The notes: a model not told the origin generated them from the letters alone. 63,952 bases of DNA, filler included, from Candidatus Woesearchaeota archaeon (GCA_047603125.1; 6 parts of 6 records of this genome joined end to end with filler, not necessarily neighbours in it); one strand, 5' to 3'; positions 1-10,097 are shown, counted from the first letter of the whole stretch. Program-made: numbers and translations.

Positions 1-1365
1 CCGTCCTCTGTTTTTTTAGCACGTCAAGCAGAATTTCTTCAAGAATACAATATTGATGTAATGAATTTAGGAAATTTTGAATATACGCATTCGGTCACAG
101 GGAGTACTTATAAATTTACTGAGTCCGATGATACATTCACAGTCAATAGAGAACCCGGGGACCATAGCGTTGCGCTTCGAGTAACAATAGATGACACTGG
201 TGTGCAAACAAGGTATTTTCAACCTGAAGATGAGACATCTTCAAGTTTTAGTAGAACAGAAACACTTTCAAATGGTAATGTAAGAGTCACGAGAGGTTCA
301 GGAGATAATCGGGTTGTAACCACACAAGATAGGAACGGAAATGTAATTGAGCGTAAGTATGTTGGAGAACAAAATGGAGACTTGAGAACAATAACAGTTA
401 GAGGAAACCAAGTGTTTGATGACAGTGATACACCAATTGATGGCTTCACTGTCCGAAATGGTCACATCATGTGTCAAGGAAGAGGTGATGACTGTGATAG
501 AAAGAGGCGTGACCAACTCAGAGAAACCCTTCAAACAGCACAGCGTGCGCAACAAAACGACATTGACCTTAATGCAATGAACCGAATTAGTGTCCAGCGC
601 CAAGAAGGGAGAGGTCCGTTTGGGATGTTTGAGCAAGGTGGAACATTTGCACGTATGACTGTTGACCTTGAATACTATTCAACTATTGCAAGAAATGTGG
701 GACAAATAGCATATTGGTTTGGCGATGATGCATTTGGAGGTTGGCAGCAAAGTGTAACCAGAATATTTAGAGAAGCAACGACTGCGGGAGTTGTAGATAG
801 AATTTGTGAGGCAAAATTTGATAGCCCACCGCAACAAACCGCATTTATTCGAGTTCCGGATTCAGTAACTGGAATGAAAATAACGCCAGTTGCCACTGTT
901 GGAGCTCAATGTAGTTTACCAATACCAATTTATAATGAAACGACAGGGGACATTATTCGCGAAGAACGATTGTATAAAATGACAGCGTTTGTGAAAAATC
1001 CATCAACCGATGAATTAGAAAACGGAAGTGTATCTCAGATAGAATTTCAAATTGAATTTCGAGGAGATCAACGAACATTTAATGTCTTTGAAGGTATGTA
1101 TCCTCTAAAAGGAGGAGATGTGTTTTCCTTGAATTTTAGAAATCCTTTTGTTCGATATTCACCGAATGTTTATAATGAAGTATGCATAGTTTTAAGTAGT
1201 GGACTTAATTTATTTAATGGGGGGAATGAAATTTGTAATGAAATAATTTGTGAAGTTCCTCCAGAACAAGGGTATAGTATACCTGAGTTAGAAGATGAGT
1301 CTGACGGCGATTCACAACCGTCAACTGGCGATACGACGCCAGGGTTTAATCCGGGTGACTTTTAA
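1..1365 (+). CDS. C-terminal part of a large hypothetical (probably extracellular) protein, 5'-truncated by the window
   Basis: Frame is open from base 1; beta-rich T/G/N/D composition, scattered Cys, acidic tail. Confidence 0.7.
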   Translation, partial: PSSVFLARQAEFLQEYNIDVMNLGNFEYTHSVTGSTYKFTESDDTFTVNREPGDHSVALRVTIDDTGVQTRYFQPEDETSSSFSRTETLSNGNVRVTRGSGDNRVVTTQDRNGNVIERKYVGEQNGDLRTITVRGNQVFDDSDTPIDGFTVRNGHIMCQGRGDDCDRKRRDQLRETLQTAQRAQQNDIDLNAMNRISVQRQEGRGPFGMFEQGGTFARMTVDLEYYSTIARNVGQIAYWFGDDAFGGWQQSVTRIFREATTAGVVDRICEAKFDSPPQQTAFIRVPDSVTGMKITPVATVGAQCSLPIPIYNETTGDIIREERLYKMTAFVKNPSTDELENGSVSQIEFQIEFRGDQRTFNVFEGMYPLKGGDVFSLNFRNPFVRYSPNVYNEVCIVLSSGLNLFNGGNEICNEIICEVPPEQGYSIPELEDESDGDSQPSTGDTTPGFNPGDF

Positions 1366-1366
1366 T

Positions 1367-2137
1367 ATGAAACAATTTTTGAAAAAACAAAAACTTACGC
1401 CTGCGACGGGAGCATTATTTATTCTGTATGTACTTTTCTTTTTCTTATTTGTGGGGACTTCATCACAAAATCCAGGTTTATTCGTTCAATGGTTTGATTC
1501 CTATGTTGAAGATACTACGGGTTATGCTCTTCTAACAGATGCGCAATTATTTTTTTCGCAGATAGAAAACCCTGAAACATTTGATCAGATGGAACAAGTA
1601 GTTCGACTTATGCTTTTATTTTTGATTTTTTTTCCAATACTTGCTTATTTTGTTTTTGTATTAGTACAAACGGTTTTTATTAACTTGTCATTAAACGATA
1701 AGATGTCTCTCAAGCGTTATTGGAAACATTTTTTACTCACGCTTATGTATTTAGTTTTGGCGATTGTTCCGTTTTCATTAGTCTTGCTTATTGTGATTCT
1801 TATATTTCAGTTATTAAATTTGCCAGAGTGGTTTGGCATTATACTCATTTTGTTTTCAGGGTTATTATTTTTTAGTTATTATATTTACCTTTTGTTTATG
1901 AGCACAACACATGAGAAGTTTTTTGCAGGTCTCTTATCTATAAAGAAGTATTTTGCGCAAAGTGCATTATTGTTACCAAGCTTTTTGATAGGGGCCGCGG
2001 TATTATATCTTTTATCAGCATTAGCGGTGACATATCCTGGTGTGGGAGTTTTAGCTTTGTTAACGCTGATTATTCCTTTGACGTATATAACTCAGGTAAC
2101 AATTAATATATTTGAAGAAGAAAAGAAAAAACATTAA
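1367..2137 (+). CDS. Multi-pass membrane protein, unknown function
   Basis: About 6 hydrophobic segments; GGTGA SD-like motif before ATG 1367. Confidence 0.75.
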   Translation: MKQFLKKQKLTPATGALFILYVLFFFLFVGTSSQNPGLFVQWFDSYVEDTTGYALLTDAQLFFSQIENPETFDQMEQVVRLMLLFLIFFPILAYFVFVLVQTVFINLSLNDKMSLKRYWKHFLLTLMYLVLAIVPFSLVLLIVILIFQLLNLPEWFGIILILFSGLLFFSYYIYLLFMSTTHEKFFAGLLSIKKYFAQSALLLPSFLIGAAVLYLLSALAVTYPGVGVLALLTLIIPLTYITQVTINIFEEEKKKH

Positions 2138-2478
2138 CGAAACTTTGCAAGAACATCGTCAATAGCTTTAAGATTTTCTTGCTTGATTGTTAAATTATAT
2201 CCGGAAAGAACAATTTTAATATCTTCAACATTGAGAGGCATGACATCAATAATTTTACAAATCATGTCTTCTTTAAATCGAGGAATCTCAAGAGCAAGCA
2301 ATTCAGTTTTGAGTTCCTTTGCTGCCTTTTCTGTTAAAGGAGTATTTTCTTTAATATACTCATCTGTTTTTTGAGAACGAAACGAGAGTTCTTCATCTCG
2401 TTTTTTAATGGATTTTAACACTGATTTTGCTTCATAAATAGTTATAGGCTCCTCAGTAATAGGTGTTGGTTGTGTCAT
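2134..2478 (-). CDS. rpo4: RNA polymerase subunit Rpo4/RpoF
   Basis: 114 aa, ELSFRSQKT...KIIDVMP; directly downstream of rpl21e as in most archaea. Confidence 0.85.
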   Translation of the reverse strand: MTQPTPITEEPITIYEAKSVLKSIKKRDEELSFRSQKTDEYIKENTPLTEKAAKELKTELLALEIPRFKEDMICKIIDVMPLNVEDIKIVLSGYNLTIKQENLKAIDDVLAKFR

Positions 2479-2765
2479 TATACTACCCTCAAATGTGCGG
2501 GATGAACAATAAGTGTTTTTTGTTGACCACCATCTACGATAGCCACCTTATAACAATCACCCTGTTTTCCGGCAATTTTTCCCATTTTTGCATGGAAACG
2601 GCGAAAATACATGCCGTTTTGAATTGCAGGTTGTGCAAGTAATAAGACCTTTTGATCCTTTTCAAAGGATTGCAAATAGCGACGGATACTTATTTTACCC
2701 TTTTCTCGCACCTTGCTTTGGAAAATGTGTCGTGTTTTTCGACGAGCTCCACCAATTCGTTTCAT
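2478..2765 (-). CDS. rpl21e: 50S ribosomal protein L21e
   Basis: RRKTR, RRFHAKMG and KTLIVHPAHL motifs. Confidence 0.95.
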   Translation of the reverse strand: MKRIGGARRKTRHIFQSKVREKGKISIRRYLQSFEKDQKVLLLAQPAIQNGMYFRRFHAKMGKIAGKQGDCYKVAIVDGGQQKTLIVHPAHLRVV

Positions 2766-2905
2766 ACGGGCAAGAAATAAGGGGGCATTTATAAATTTGA
2801 CGATTTTTAAAATACACGCTTCTGAGCGTATAATGAGGAATTTTCCAATATGAGTCGCGGATACGTGGCAGACGGCACTTTTTTTGGGAACTAGTGGGTC
2901 GTTTT

Positions 2906-3559
2906 TTACATTATGATCTCCTTGACAGTCTTTGGGTATTTAGTGCTATGCTCGTGTAAAACAAAGGAGTTGGTTTTGTATTGTGAGATATCGTATGAAA
3001 TTTCTTTTTTTGCTTTTCCATTGTATTTACCTAGATAAACAAAATCTAGGACTGTTCTTTCGGGATCAGAGTAAAAATACGTAACACCAGAAACGGTTTT
3101 TTTTGAAAGAATTCCAAAAGAGTATTCAACACCAGCAAGTTTTCTTAGTGTAACTTTGTGACCAAGAATTTTGATAGGTCTATTCGTTTTTATTTTGTTA
3201 TTAATAATTGTATGCAACAAAAATGTTTCATGCGTCATAGCATTTAATGCCAAAGCGCTTTCTAATCCAAAATACCATTTGGTGACTTTTTTTCGTTTCA
3301 TAGCTTTGGCAATGGCTTCATAAAAAGAAATTCTCGAAACATTCTCTTTTTTCTCATCAAGCGTCCGTATATAAAAAATTCCCCTCATTATTCGTTCTAT
3401 ATATCCGTTATTTAAGAGATAACTAATGGCAAAATTGTACTTGAGATTTATATGCTCATTTTTACAATGGGCTTTAATCTCATCCGACGTTATAATACCG
3501 TCTGGCTTTACTAGTTTTCGTTCAATATGCAGTTTTTTTACAAGTGCTTTATAGCTCAT
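2906..3559 (-). CDS. AbiEi-like (type IV TA antitoxin) transcriptional regulator
   Basis: N-terminal wHTH with ERIMRGIFY, then ESALAL and SDPERTVLDFVY, typical of the AbiEi family. Confidence 0.7.
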   Translation of the reverse strand: MSYKALVKKLHIERKLVKPDGIITSDEIKAHCKNEHINLKYNFAISYLLNNGYIERIMRGIFYIRTLDEKKENVSRISFYEAIAKAMKRKKVTKWYFGLESALALNAMTHETFLLHTIINNKIKTNRPIKILGHKVTLRKLAGVEYSFGILSKKTVSGVTYFYSDPERTVLDFVYLGKYNGKAKKEISYDISQYKTNSFVLHEHSTKYPKTVKEIIM

Positions 3560-3641
3560 TTTATTCAGTATTAATATATTTTTTATATAATTAGGGCTTA
3601 TTCCTTATTTATATATGTTTTGCTTACAGTAGAATTCGAAT

Positions 3642-4154
3642 TTACAACAGAATTGTCCGATAGCAACACAATCCGGGCTTTTCTAAGTAAAATCCTGAAG
3701 AATTGCGGCCAAGAATCCCTTTTTCTTCAAGGCGGTACGGGACATCTGTGCAAAATCCCTGTGAAGCAAGCTCATGCGGACGGCATTGTTGGTTTTGTCC
3801 TAGAAAAAAGAGCAGTTTAGCCCGGTGAAAGGCATCTCGATGCGTTGTTCGCTGGCCAATATAGGTTGAGATTGGTAGCGAAAACTTGTCTTCAAGAGTT
3901 CGTGCTCGAAAAGCAAGCGTGCGAGTTGCCGTATTTGCAAGTTGAAAATATGTTGGCCAATAGTCATCAGTTTGCCATAAAAATCCATCTTCAACAAGTT
4001 CTCTTGTTGCATGGCGAACAACTTGGCGCGATTGATCAATTTGCTTTGCCACTTCGTTTATAGTATACACATAGTTTGGTTTAATGGCAAGTGCTATTGA
4101 GACTTTTAGCGAGGTGTGGATGGCTTTGATATGAGGATTCATTGTTTTTGGCAA
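3642..4154 (-). CDS. Hypothetical HTH-like protein
   Basis: TINEVAKQIDQSRQVVRHATRELVEDG resembles a wHTH; start uncertain. Confidence 0.5.
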   Translation of the reverse strand: MPKTMNPHIKAIHTSLKVSIALAIKPNYVYTINEVAKQIDQSRQVVRHATRELVEDGFLWQTDDYWPTYFQLANTATRTLAFRARTLEDKFSLPISTYIGQRTTHRDAFHRAKLLFFLGQNQQCRPHELASQGFCTDVPYRLEEKGILGRNSSGFYLEKPGLCCYRTILL

Positions 4155-4217
4155 TGGTGAATTGTTTAAAAAGATGTGGGTTGGAAATTACACGAAAAAG
4201 TATAGTAATACTATTAT

Positions 4218-4250
4218 TACTGCACGGCGATTTTGCGCCAAGATGCAGTA
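4218..4250 (+). repeat. Structured intergenic element, minimal copy
   Basis: TACTGCA-C-GGCG-ATTTTG-CGCC-AAG-A-TGCAGTA. Confidence 0.65.
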
Positions 4251-4319
4251 GCCTTTTCTCTTCTGTAATACGTTCAACAATTCGTAATCCTTTTAAATCC
4301 GCAACAACTGCACTCTAGT

Positions 4320-5192
4320 ATGTTGCGCAGACTCTTTATGTTAGTGTTTTTATTACTTGTATTTGGTGTTGGGCTCTTTGCACTCTTTTCTCTTACAGGA
4401 TTTTTGCAAGGAGGGCAGATTGACGCAAGAGATCTCGCACGGTGGAATTATACGCAAGATGGTTATATTGTTGGAACGCAACCGTTTACTTTAGAAGGTG
4501 AAACGCAACGTTGCTGGCTTCTCATTCATAGCTATGGTGCTACACCAAAAGAAATGAGTGAGTTGGCACACAGAATTCACAATGAATTTATAGATACGGT
4601 CAGAGTTGTTCGCTTGCTTGGACACGCAACAGTGCCTAGTGATATGCAACAATATTCGTATGAAGATTGGTATGAACAAGTGGCACAAGAATATGAACAA
4701 TTACCGTGCTCGCAAGTTATAGTTGTGGGTTCGTCCATTGGCGGTGCGTTGGCATTAGAGTTGGGGCAAGAATATGAGGTGGAAAAGTTAGTCATTCTTA
4801 ATCCATTTTTATCGACGATGTATGAAGATTTACTTGCAAGCGCACCTGTAGTTCATTTTGCAAAAAAACACAATGTTGCGCAAATTCATGATCCAAGAGG
4901 TAGAGAGCAACATATTGCGTACATGAACATGCCTTTCGAACCATTATTGAATTCGTTTTCTCGACTTGCAAATGTTGAGCAAAATTTGGAAAGTATTGAG
5001 CAACCCATTCTTATTATGCATGGGCCTTTTGATAGAACGAGTAGTCCGAGTGTTCCAATAACAATTTATGATTCTGTTGCAAGTTCACAAAAAGAGCTTC
5101 TGTGGATGGATCAATCAAATCATATATTGCTCATGGATTATCAAAGAGAACAAGTGATTCAAGAGATTCTGGCATTTGCGCGCGAAGAATAA
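4320..5192 (+). CDS. Membrane-anchored alpha/beta hydrolase (carboxylesterase/lipase)
   Basis: N-terminal TM helix, GSSIG nucleophile elbow, Asp in HGPFD, His in SNH. Confidence 0.85.
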   Translation: MLRRLFMLVFLLLVFGVGLFALFSLTGFLQGGQIDARDLARWNYTQDGYIVGTQPFTLEGETQRCWLLIHSYGATPKEMSELAHRIHNEFIDTVRVVRLLGHATVPSDMQQYSYEDWYEQVAQEYEQLPCSQVIVVGSSIGGALALELGQEYEVEKLVILNPFLSTMYEDLLASAPVVHFAKKHNVAQIHDPRGREQHIAYMNMPFEPLLNSFSRLANVEQNLESIEQPILIMHGPFDRTSSPSVPITIYDSVASSQKELLWMDQSNHILLMDYQREQVIQEILAFAREE

Positions 5193-5226
5193 CTACTTTT
5201 AAATAGTACTTAAAGATTGCGCATAT

Positions 5227-7989
5227 ATGCTTGAAAATATTATAACGCATATTGAGTCCAAATCCTCTCGAGGAGAAATTCATGTTCATTTCACAGGTGG
5301 GAAAACAGTTGTGGTGAGTGATTGGCGCCATTATTTTCCGACTAGACCCCTTAATCGTGATGACCGACCACAATCACGTGACTTTGCTCGAGAAAAGTGG
5401 AAAACTATTACTGAGCAGCTCAGGCAGCCTGAGTTTTTATATCAAAAAGGAGAAAAAACATTTCGCCCATCGCAGGCTTTTCAGGATCGATATTGGATGG
5501 TTGGTGGGACATTCTTGCCAATGAAGTCTGCACCGAAACTACCAAAAGAATTTATTTTAGGAAAATATACATGGCAGGCAAAAAAACGACTTGGTATAGT
5601 GCCCGGTATGGTGGTTTTATTTGATCAAAAAACACAAGATACACTCGCGACTGTTGCACAATTTCGCGAAAAGCTCAGACAAGGACGAGCACAAGTTTAT
5701 GAACAATTCTCAAGCAAAGCTCAAGCAACACGTTTTATTAATCTCGCTGATGCGACGGGGGAAAACCACTATGCCTCAGAACTTTTGCAACAGATACGCT
5801 CATTACAACCACAAAGGGTCAAATTTGAACCGCGTTATTCTTCAGGGGTAAAATATGATGTTTGGTACGAGGTGTCAGAACAAGACGCGCAAGAACTGTT
5901 CTCAGATGCAACAGCTGTAACTGCTGACCAAATTCAAAGCGCACCTTGGATGGCTTTTGATATTGAAATACCGCTGTTTCGTCATCCACAAGAATCAAAG
6001 ATCAGTTGGGTTGGTGCTACATTTCGGGAAAATAATCAGCGTCAAAGGGTGGTGTATACGCTCCATGATGGTTCATATGAGGGTTTGGATGGTACTGTTT
6101 TACAATTTTCAAGCCAAGAAGAGCTTATATCTCGTTTTGCAAAAGATATTCAAGAATTTAATCCTATTTTTGTTAGTTCATTTAATGCGAATTTTGATTT
6201 TATGCAAATGCGTGAGACGGGTGCGTGGGATATAGGTGCACACCAGACACCTGCGCTCTATCGTGCAACAGCTCCGTTTTTTGAAAGAATAGGTGTCGGG
6301 TCGCGTATTGTTATTGATCCTATGCGTTTTATGCAAATTGCACGTTTTTTTGATCCAAATGCGAAGCTAGAAATGGCTGCAGGATTAGAAAAATCAATTT
6401 CTTATGATCAGATGGAGCAGTTAGAACGAGAAGCGTGTGCAGGTAATAAGCAAAGTGCAAGAAAAATCGCTTCATATCTTGTTGAGGATGTGAAAGGTTT
6501 GGAGTCGGTGTTATGCTCCAAACAGATGCATGATTTTTATACTGCGGCAAGTTGGATATGTGGTCAGTTTCAAATTTCTTTTGACTCTTTGGTACATAGT
6601 GCGCAAAGCGCGCGCGATATTGTTGACTTTGAGTTTTTCAAGAAAAATAAGATTTATCGAGGACATGTAGCGCCGAATCATCGCACGACGGCAAAAATAA
6701 AAAGAGATATGCGCTCGCTTGCCAAAACCCGGGCGTTTTTGGATAGCACCGCTTTGAAAAAAACAGGATTGTTTACAAATGCGCAAAAGGGATTTGTGAG
6801 TTTGCGCTCATTAGTTGGAAAAATAAAGGGCTCTCATGAAGCGTTTTATGATCATGTAAGTCGCCAGGATGGTTTTTTACGCCATGTGTTTGAGAGGTAC
6901 TATCTTGCGACGATGCGATACATGTTTGAGGATTTTGGTCAGTTTTTGAGAGAGCGAGATGATTTTCAAAAAAAATCGAATATGTCTGTAATAGATTTCT
7001 CTCCATTATATTTGAAAACGATTAGTGGACTCAGTCATCATCGGCTTTTTACGAAATTAGAAGAAAATCGCTATGATAGAAATTTGTTAAAACAATTTAT
7101 TCATGCAAGACCTGGTGTAATGAACATACTTGAGAGCAAACATATCTCTGTTGACACTTTTGGTCAGCTCTTATGTGACTATGTGCAACTTGAAAAAAGA
7201 GCAAAGCAATTTGGCGCAAAGCATGGTATTTTGCCCATTGCTGACTTTTCTGATTCGTCTGATGCACTAGAATCTCGTTTAAATAAAGGTATACAATCTT
7301 TTGAAAACCATCTTCGAGCGCAAGGAAGAACATTGCTTGGGATTTCGAATGCCTATGTGTATATTGACGGGCCGGTAGAACAAACATCGCAGTATGTTCC
7401 TCTAGAATCATTGGATGCGGTCTATATAAGTGATGGTATTTATTACAAAAAAAATGGATTTATTTCAGATAAAACGCTCACGGGGGAGCTTGCTCCAAAT
7501 TATGTTCGAAATGCATTTGAGAATAAGGTTTTTTCGCATATGCTAGAGGCAATTTTAACTGAGGACACAGAGCGTGCGTTGCAAATATATCGAGAAGCAG
7601 AAAAACGACTTCTCAATGGTATTGATTTTTCACAACTTGTGACATATAGTAAGGCAACGGATAGATATTCGCTCTATTGTGATTCTGGTCAGGTGCAGTT
7701 TATGACAAGTCAACAGAGTGCGCAAGCGTACCTTGAAGCTTCACACCAGCAAAGATTGGCACAGTGGGAGAAAACAAAAAAAGGGCCAAAACCAGAAATG
7801 CCTCAAATCCGAGATGATCAATTTGTTGATGAATACCGAGCAAGTAAGCCAGTTGTGCGCATTTGTCAGCCGTCTGATTTACATGTGAATAAAGAGCATT
7901 ATTTTCGAACATTTTCTACTCGTGCACAAGCTTTTTTAGAACCATTGACTTCTCAGATCTCATCATCGAGTCAACTGGAGTTGTTTTGA
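5227..7989 (+). CDS. PolB-derived protein with 3'-5' exonuclease domain and degenerate polymerase domain
   Basis: ExoI FDIE, ExoII FNANFDF, ExoIII YLVED; motif-A-like IDFSPLY; no YGDTDS motif C. Confidence 0.65.
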   Translation: MLENIITHIESKSSRGEIHVHFTGGKTVVVSDWRHYFPTRPLNRDDRPQSRDFAREKWKTITEQLRQPEFLYQKGEKTFRPSQAFQDRYWMVGGTFLPMKSAPKLPKEFILGKYTWQAKKRLGIVPGMVVLFDQKTQDTLATVAQFREKLRQGRAQVYEQFSSKAQATRFINLADATGENHYASELLQQIRSLQPQRVKFEPRYSSGVKYDVWYEVSEQDAQELFSDATAVTADQIQSAPWMAFDIEIPLFRHPQESKISWVGATFRENNQRQRVVYTLHDGSYEGLDGTVLQFSSQEELISRFAKDIQEFNPIFVSSFNANFDFMQMRETGAWDIGAHQTPALYRATAPFFERIGVGSRIVIDPMRFMQIARFFDPNAKLEMAAGLEKSISYDQMEQLEREACAGNKQSARKIASYLVEDVKGLESVLCSKQMHDFYTAASWICGQFQISFDSLVHSAQSARDIVDFEFFKKNKIYRGHVAPNHRTTAKIKRDMRSLAKTRAFLDSTALKKTGLFTNAQKGFVSLRSLVGKIKGSHEAFYDHVSRQDGFLRHVFERYYLATMRYMFEDFGQFLRERDDFQKKSNMSVIDFSPLYLKTISGLSHHRLFTKLEENRYDRNLLKQFIHARPGVMNILESKHISVDTFGQLLCDYVQLEKRAKQFGAKHGILPIADFSDSSDALESRLNKGIQSFENHLRAQGRTLLGISNAYVYIDGPVEQTSQYVPLESLDAVYISDGIYYKKNGFISDKTLTGELAPNYVRNAFENKVFSHMLEAILTEDTERALQIYREAEKRLLNGIDFSQLVTYSKATDRYSLYCDSGQVQFMTSQQSAQAYLEASHQQRLAQWEKTKKGPKPEMPQIRDDQFVDEYRASKPVVRICQPSDLHVNKEHYFRTFSTRAQAFLEPLTSQISSSSQLELF

Positions 7990-8027
7990 GGTTCATCTTT
8001 TTTTGTAGGATTCTGAAAAGGTTTCAT

Positions 8028-8342
8028 TTAATTTTTTAATGTATTCAATTTTTCAACAAGTGTGTCAAAAACAATTTTTTTCTTTTCTTTTGTCAAAGAG
8101 AATACTTTCTTTTCAATCATTATTTTAGATATGGTGAAGATGTAATTTACTTTGATGACGCTGTCTTTAATAGCGCCTTCTTTTTTTGTAAGAGGTATAC
8201 CTCTCATAGATGTATTGCTTGTTACCCCTGCTACAACAAAATTATCAAATTCTTCAAATAAAATTACGGCGGGTCTCGTCTTTATATCAAAAGTGTCTGT
8301 AAATTGAATTTTCGTTAAAACTATATCTCCAGGCTTAGGCAT
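8028..8342 (-). CDS. PemK/MazF-family toxin
   Basis: PGDIVL, FTD, KTRPAVIL, VTS motifs; overlaps upstream small gene. Confidence 0.85.
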   Translation of the reverse strand: MPKPGDIVLTKIQFTDTFDIKTRPAVILFEEFDNFVVAGVTSNTSMRGIPLTKKEGAIKDSVIKVNYIFTISKIMIEKKVFSLTKEKKKIVFDTLVEKLNTLKN

Positions 8343-8559
8343 TTTCCCAAGCCTCGTCTTCATCATTATCCCACAATTCTTTCATTTTAATTTGTTGGAT
8401 CTTATGAAGAAATTCATCGTATTGATTCTTATTTTTCACATTCCTAAATACTTTAATCATCTTGGCGATTAATTCGTTATATGTTTGTTTCGGGTATTCT
8501 CTTGCATCTTTAAGAGAATTTACTAATTCCTTGTCTAATTGTATTGTGGTCGCAGCCAT
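8335..8559 (-). CDS. Antitoxin (RHH-like N-terminus)
   Basis: TTIQLDKE...TYNELI and C-terminal ELWDNDEDEAW; directly upstream of the toxin. Confidence 0.8.
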   Translation of the reverse strand: MAATTIQLDKELVNSLKDAREYPKQTYNELIAKMIKVFRNVKNKNQYDEFLHKIQQIKMKELWDNDEDEAWENA

Positions 8560-8816
8560 TATATATCACCTATAGTTATTATATAATTTCTTATATATAA
8601 ACATTTCGTTAGAAACGTTTTTTCTTGAACAGTTTCTCTCATAAACAAATGCGAAAGAGAGAATAAGAACTGAATGAACCACATCTTTGTTTAACGATCG
8701 CTTAATTTCTCATTATATACTGGGAAATAGTGTCTTTTGGTGAGATTTTCAGCATGACCAAAATCGAAAACTTTAAATATACATCTGTGTCTATGTGAAA
8801 GTAGAGTGTGACGTAG

Positions 8817-9206
8817 ATGAAGATATTCAGTTCATTATTCAAAAAAGAACCTTCTGAAGAAGAGTTGCTGGACATGGAAGAGGAGTATGTGCAGCTTGAT
8901 TCGACTCCAACAAGAAAAGAGTCCGATTCAAAAGTTGTTGTACGCCCGTTTACATTGGAAGATTTTTCTGATGTGAAAGACATTTTAGATTCCTTGCGAA
9001 CTGGGTATACAATTGCCTTGGTAAATATTCGCCCATTAAAGGAAAAAGATATGATTGAGCTTAAACGTGCGATTAATAAAATTAAAAAGACTTGTGATGC
9101 GCTCAAAGGAGATATTGCTGGCTTTGGTGATGATTTTATTGTTGTTGCGCCCGAATTTGCACAAATTTATCGACAAAAAAAAGTATCTTCGACAGATGAT
9201 TTATAA
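8817..9206 (+). CDS. sepF: Cell division protein SepF (archaeal type)
   Basis: LRTGYTIALVNI, ELKRAINKIK, GDIAG motifs. Confidence 0.85.
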   Translation: MKIFSSLFKKEPSEEELLDMEEEYVQLDSTPTRKESDSKVVVRPFTLEDFSDVKDILDSLRTGYTIALVNIRPLKEKDMIELKRAINKIKKTCDALKGDIAGFGDDFIVVAPEFAQIYRQKKVSSTDDL

Positions 9207-9320
9207 TAATTTTTTTTCAATCTTTGTATATTTATTATTTTCTTAGCAGCATCTTTGTGGTGACCAGAAGGATGCATAGATTTATATACTAGTGATAGTC
9301 TTATACTCTTTGGTGAAAAC

Positions 9321-9875
9321 ATGCAAGCACTTAAAGAAGAGTATGGAATTGTACTTGACTTCTTGCCAAATGGCTATCCATTTGATAAGGGATCTTCCTA
9401 TAAGAAAACTCCTATTGTGCAAGCAATTGGAACGACAAATTTCATTTTACTAGAGCTAGTTCCAAAACGTGATATTCACCTCAAAGCACACGATTCTGTA
9501 TACATTGGTCAAGGAAAACGCGATCATATTCACCATATTAATGGGAAAATTGGTCTTGATAAATTGACGGGAACGGCACGAGCTGAACTCCAATATGTAA
9601 TTGAAGACATGATTGATGAGGACGAGAAGCGATTTGTTGACTTTTTTAATAAATCTCAGCCACTTTCCATGCGTATGCACCAGCTTGAATTATTACCTGG
9701 GCTTGGGAAAAAACATATGTGGGAGATTATTGAAGAACGTCGAGAACCATTTACGAGTTTTGAGGATATCAAATCGCGAGTAAAACTCTTACCAAATCCC
9801 AAAGCATTGATTGTGAAAAGAATCTTAAAAGAGTTAGAAGGCGATCAAAAGCACAAGCTCTTTGTGAAAGAGTAG
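9321..9875 (+). CDS. DUF655 family putative nucleic-acid-binding protein
   Basis: VLDFLPNG, FILLEL, RMHQLELLPGLGKK (HhH). Confidence 0.9.
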   Translation: MQALKEEYGIVLDFLPNGYPFDKGSSYKKTPIVQAIGTTNFILLELVPKRDIHLKAHDSVYIGQGKRDHIHHINGKIGLDKLTGTARAELQYVIEDMIDEDEKRFVDFFNKSQPLSMRMHQLELLPGLGKKHMWEIIEERREPFTSFEDIKSRVKLLPNPKALIVKRILKELEGDQKHKLFVKE

Positions 9876-9936
9876 GTTTTTTTCTTTTGGTTTGAAAAGC
9901 ATATTTTTCTCATTTAGTATCAAATGGCGAATTCTC

Positions 9937-10032
9937 ATTATAATGCGGCGATTTTTGAACAGTGGTTCATCTTGCGAATTTCTCCGGCGCAGAGCTTCGC
10001 GAAATTCTAATCGTACGCCAAGGCATTATAAT
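9937..10032 (+). repeat. Structured intergenic element, full copy (96 nt)
   Basis: ATTATAATGC-GGCG...CGCC-AAG-GCATTATAAT; near-identical to 44317-44412. Confidence 0.9.
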
Positions 10033-10097
10033 TTCCTATTACTGTAACCCATTTTTTCCTCAATTTTTATAAACAGTAAATGCTGCTCTTTATGTAG

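Noticed and set aside
2811..2880. Hairpin and GC-rich patch upstream of rpl21e as another element copy
   Set aside because: Only weak similarity to 26321-26360; no closing stem or AAG bulge
8778..8790. ATACATCTGTGT upstream of sepF resembling the 21808-21833 palindrome half-site
   Set aside because: An 11/12 match is expected by chance in about 64 kb of AT-rich DNA
9249..9275. GCATC...AAG-GATGC mini hairpin as an element copy
   Set aside because: 5-bp stem only and the inner helix register does not fit
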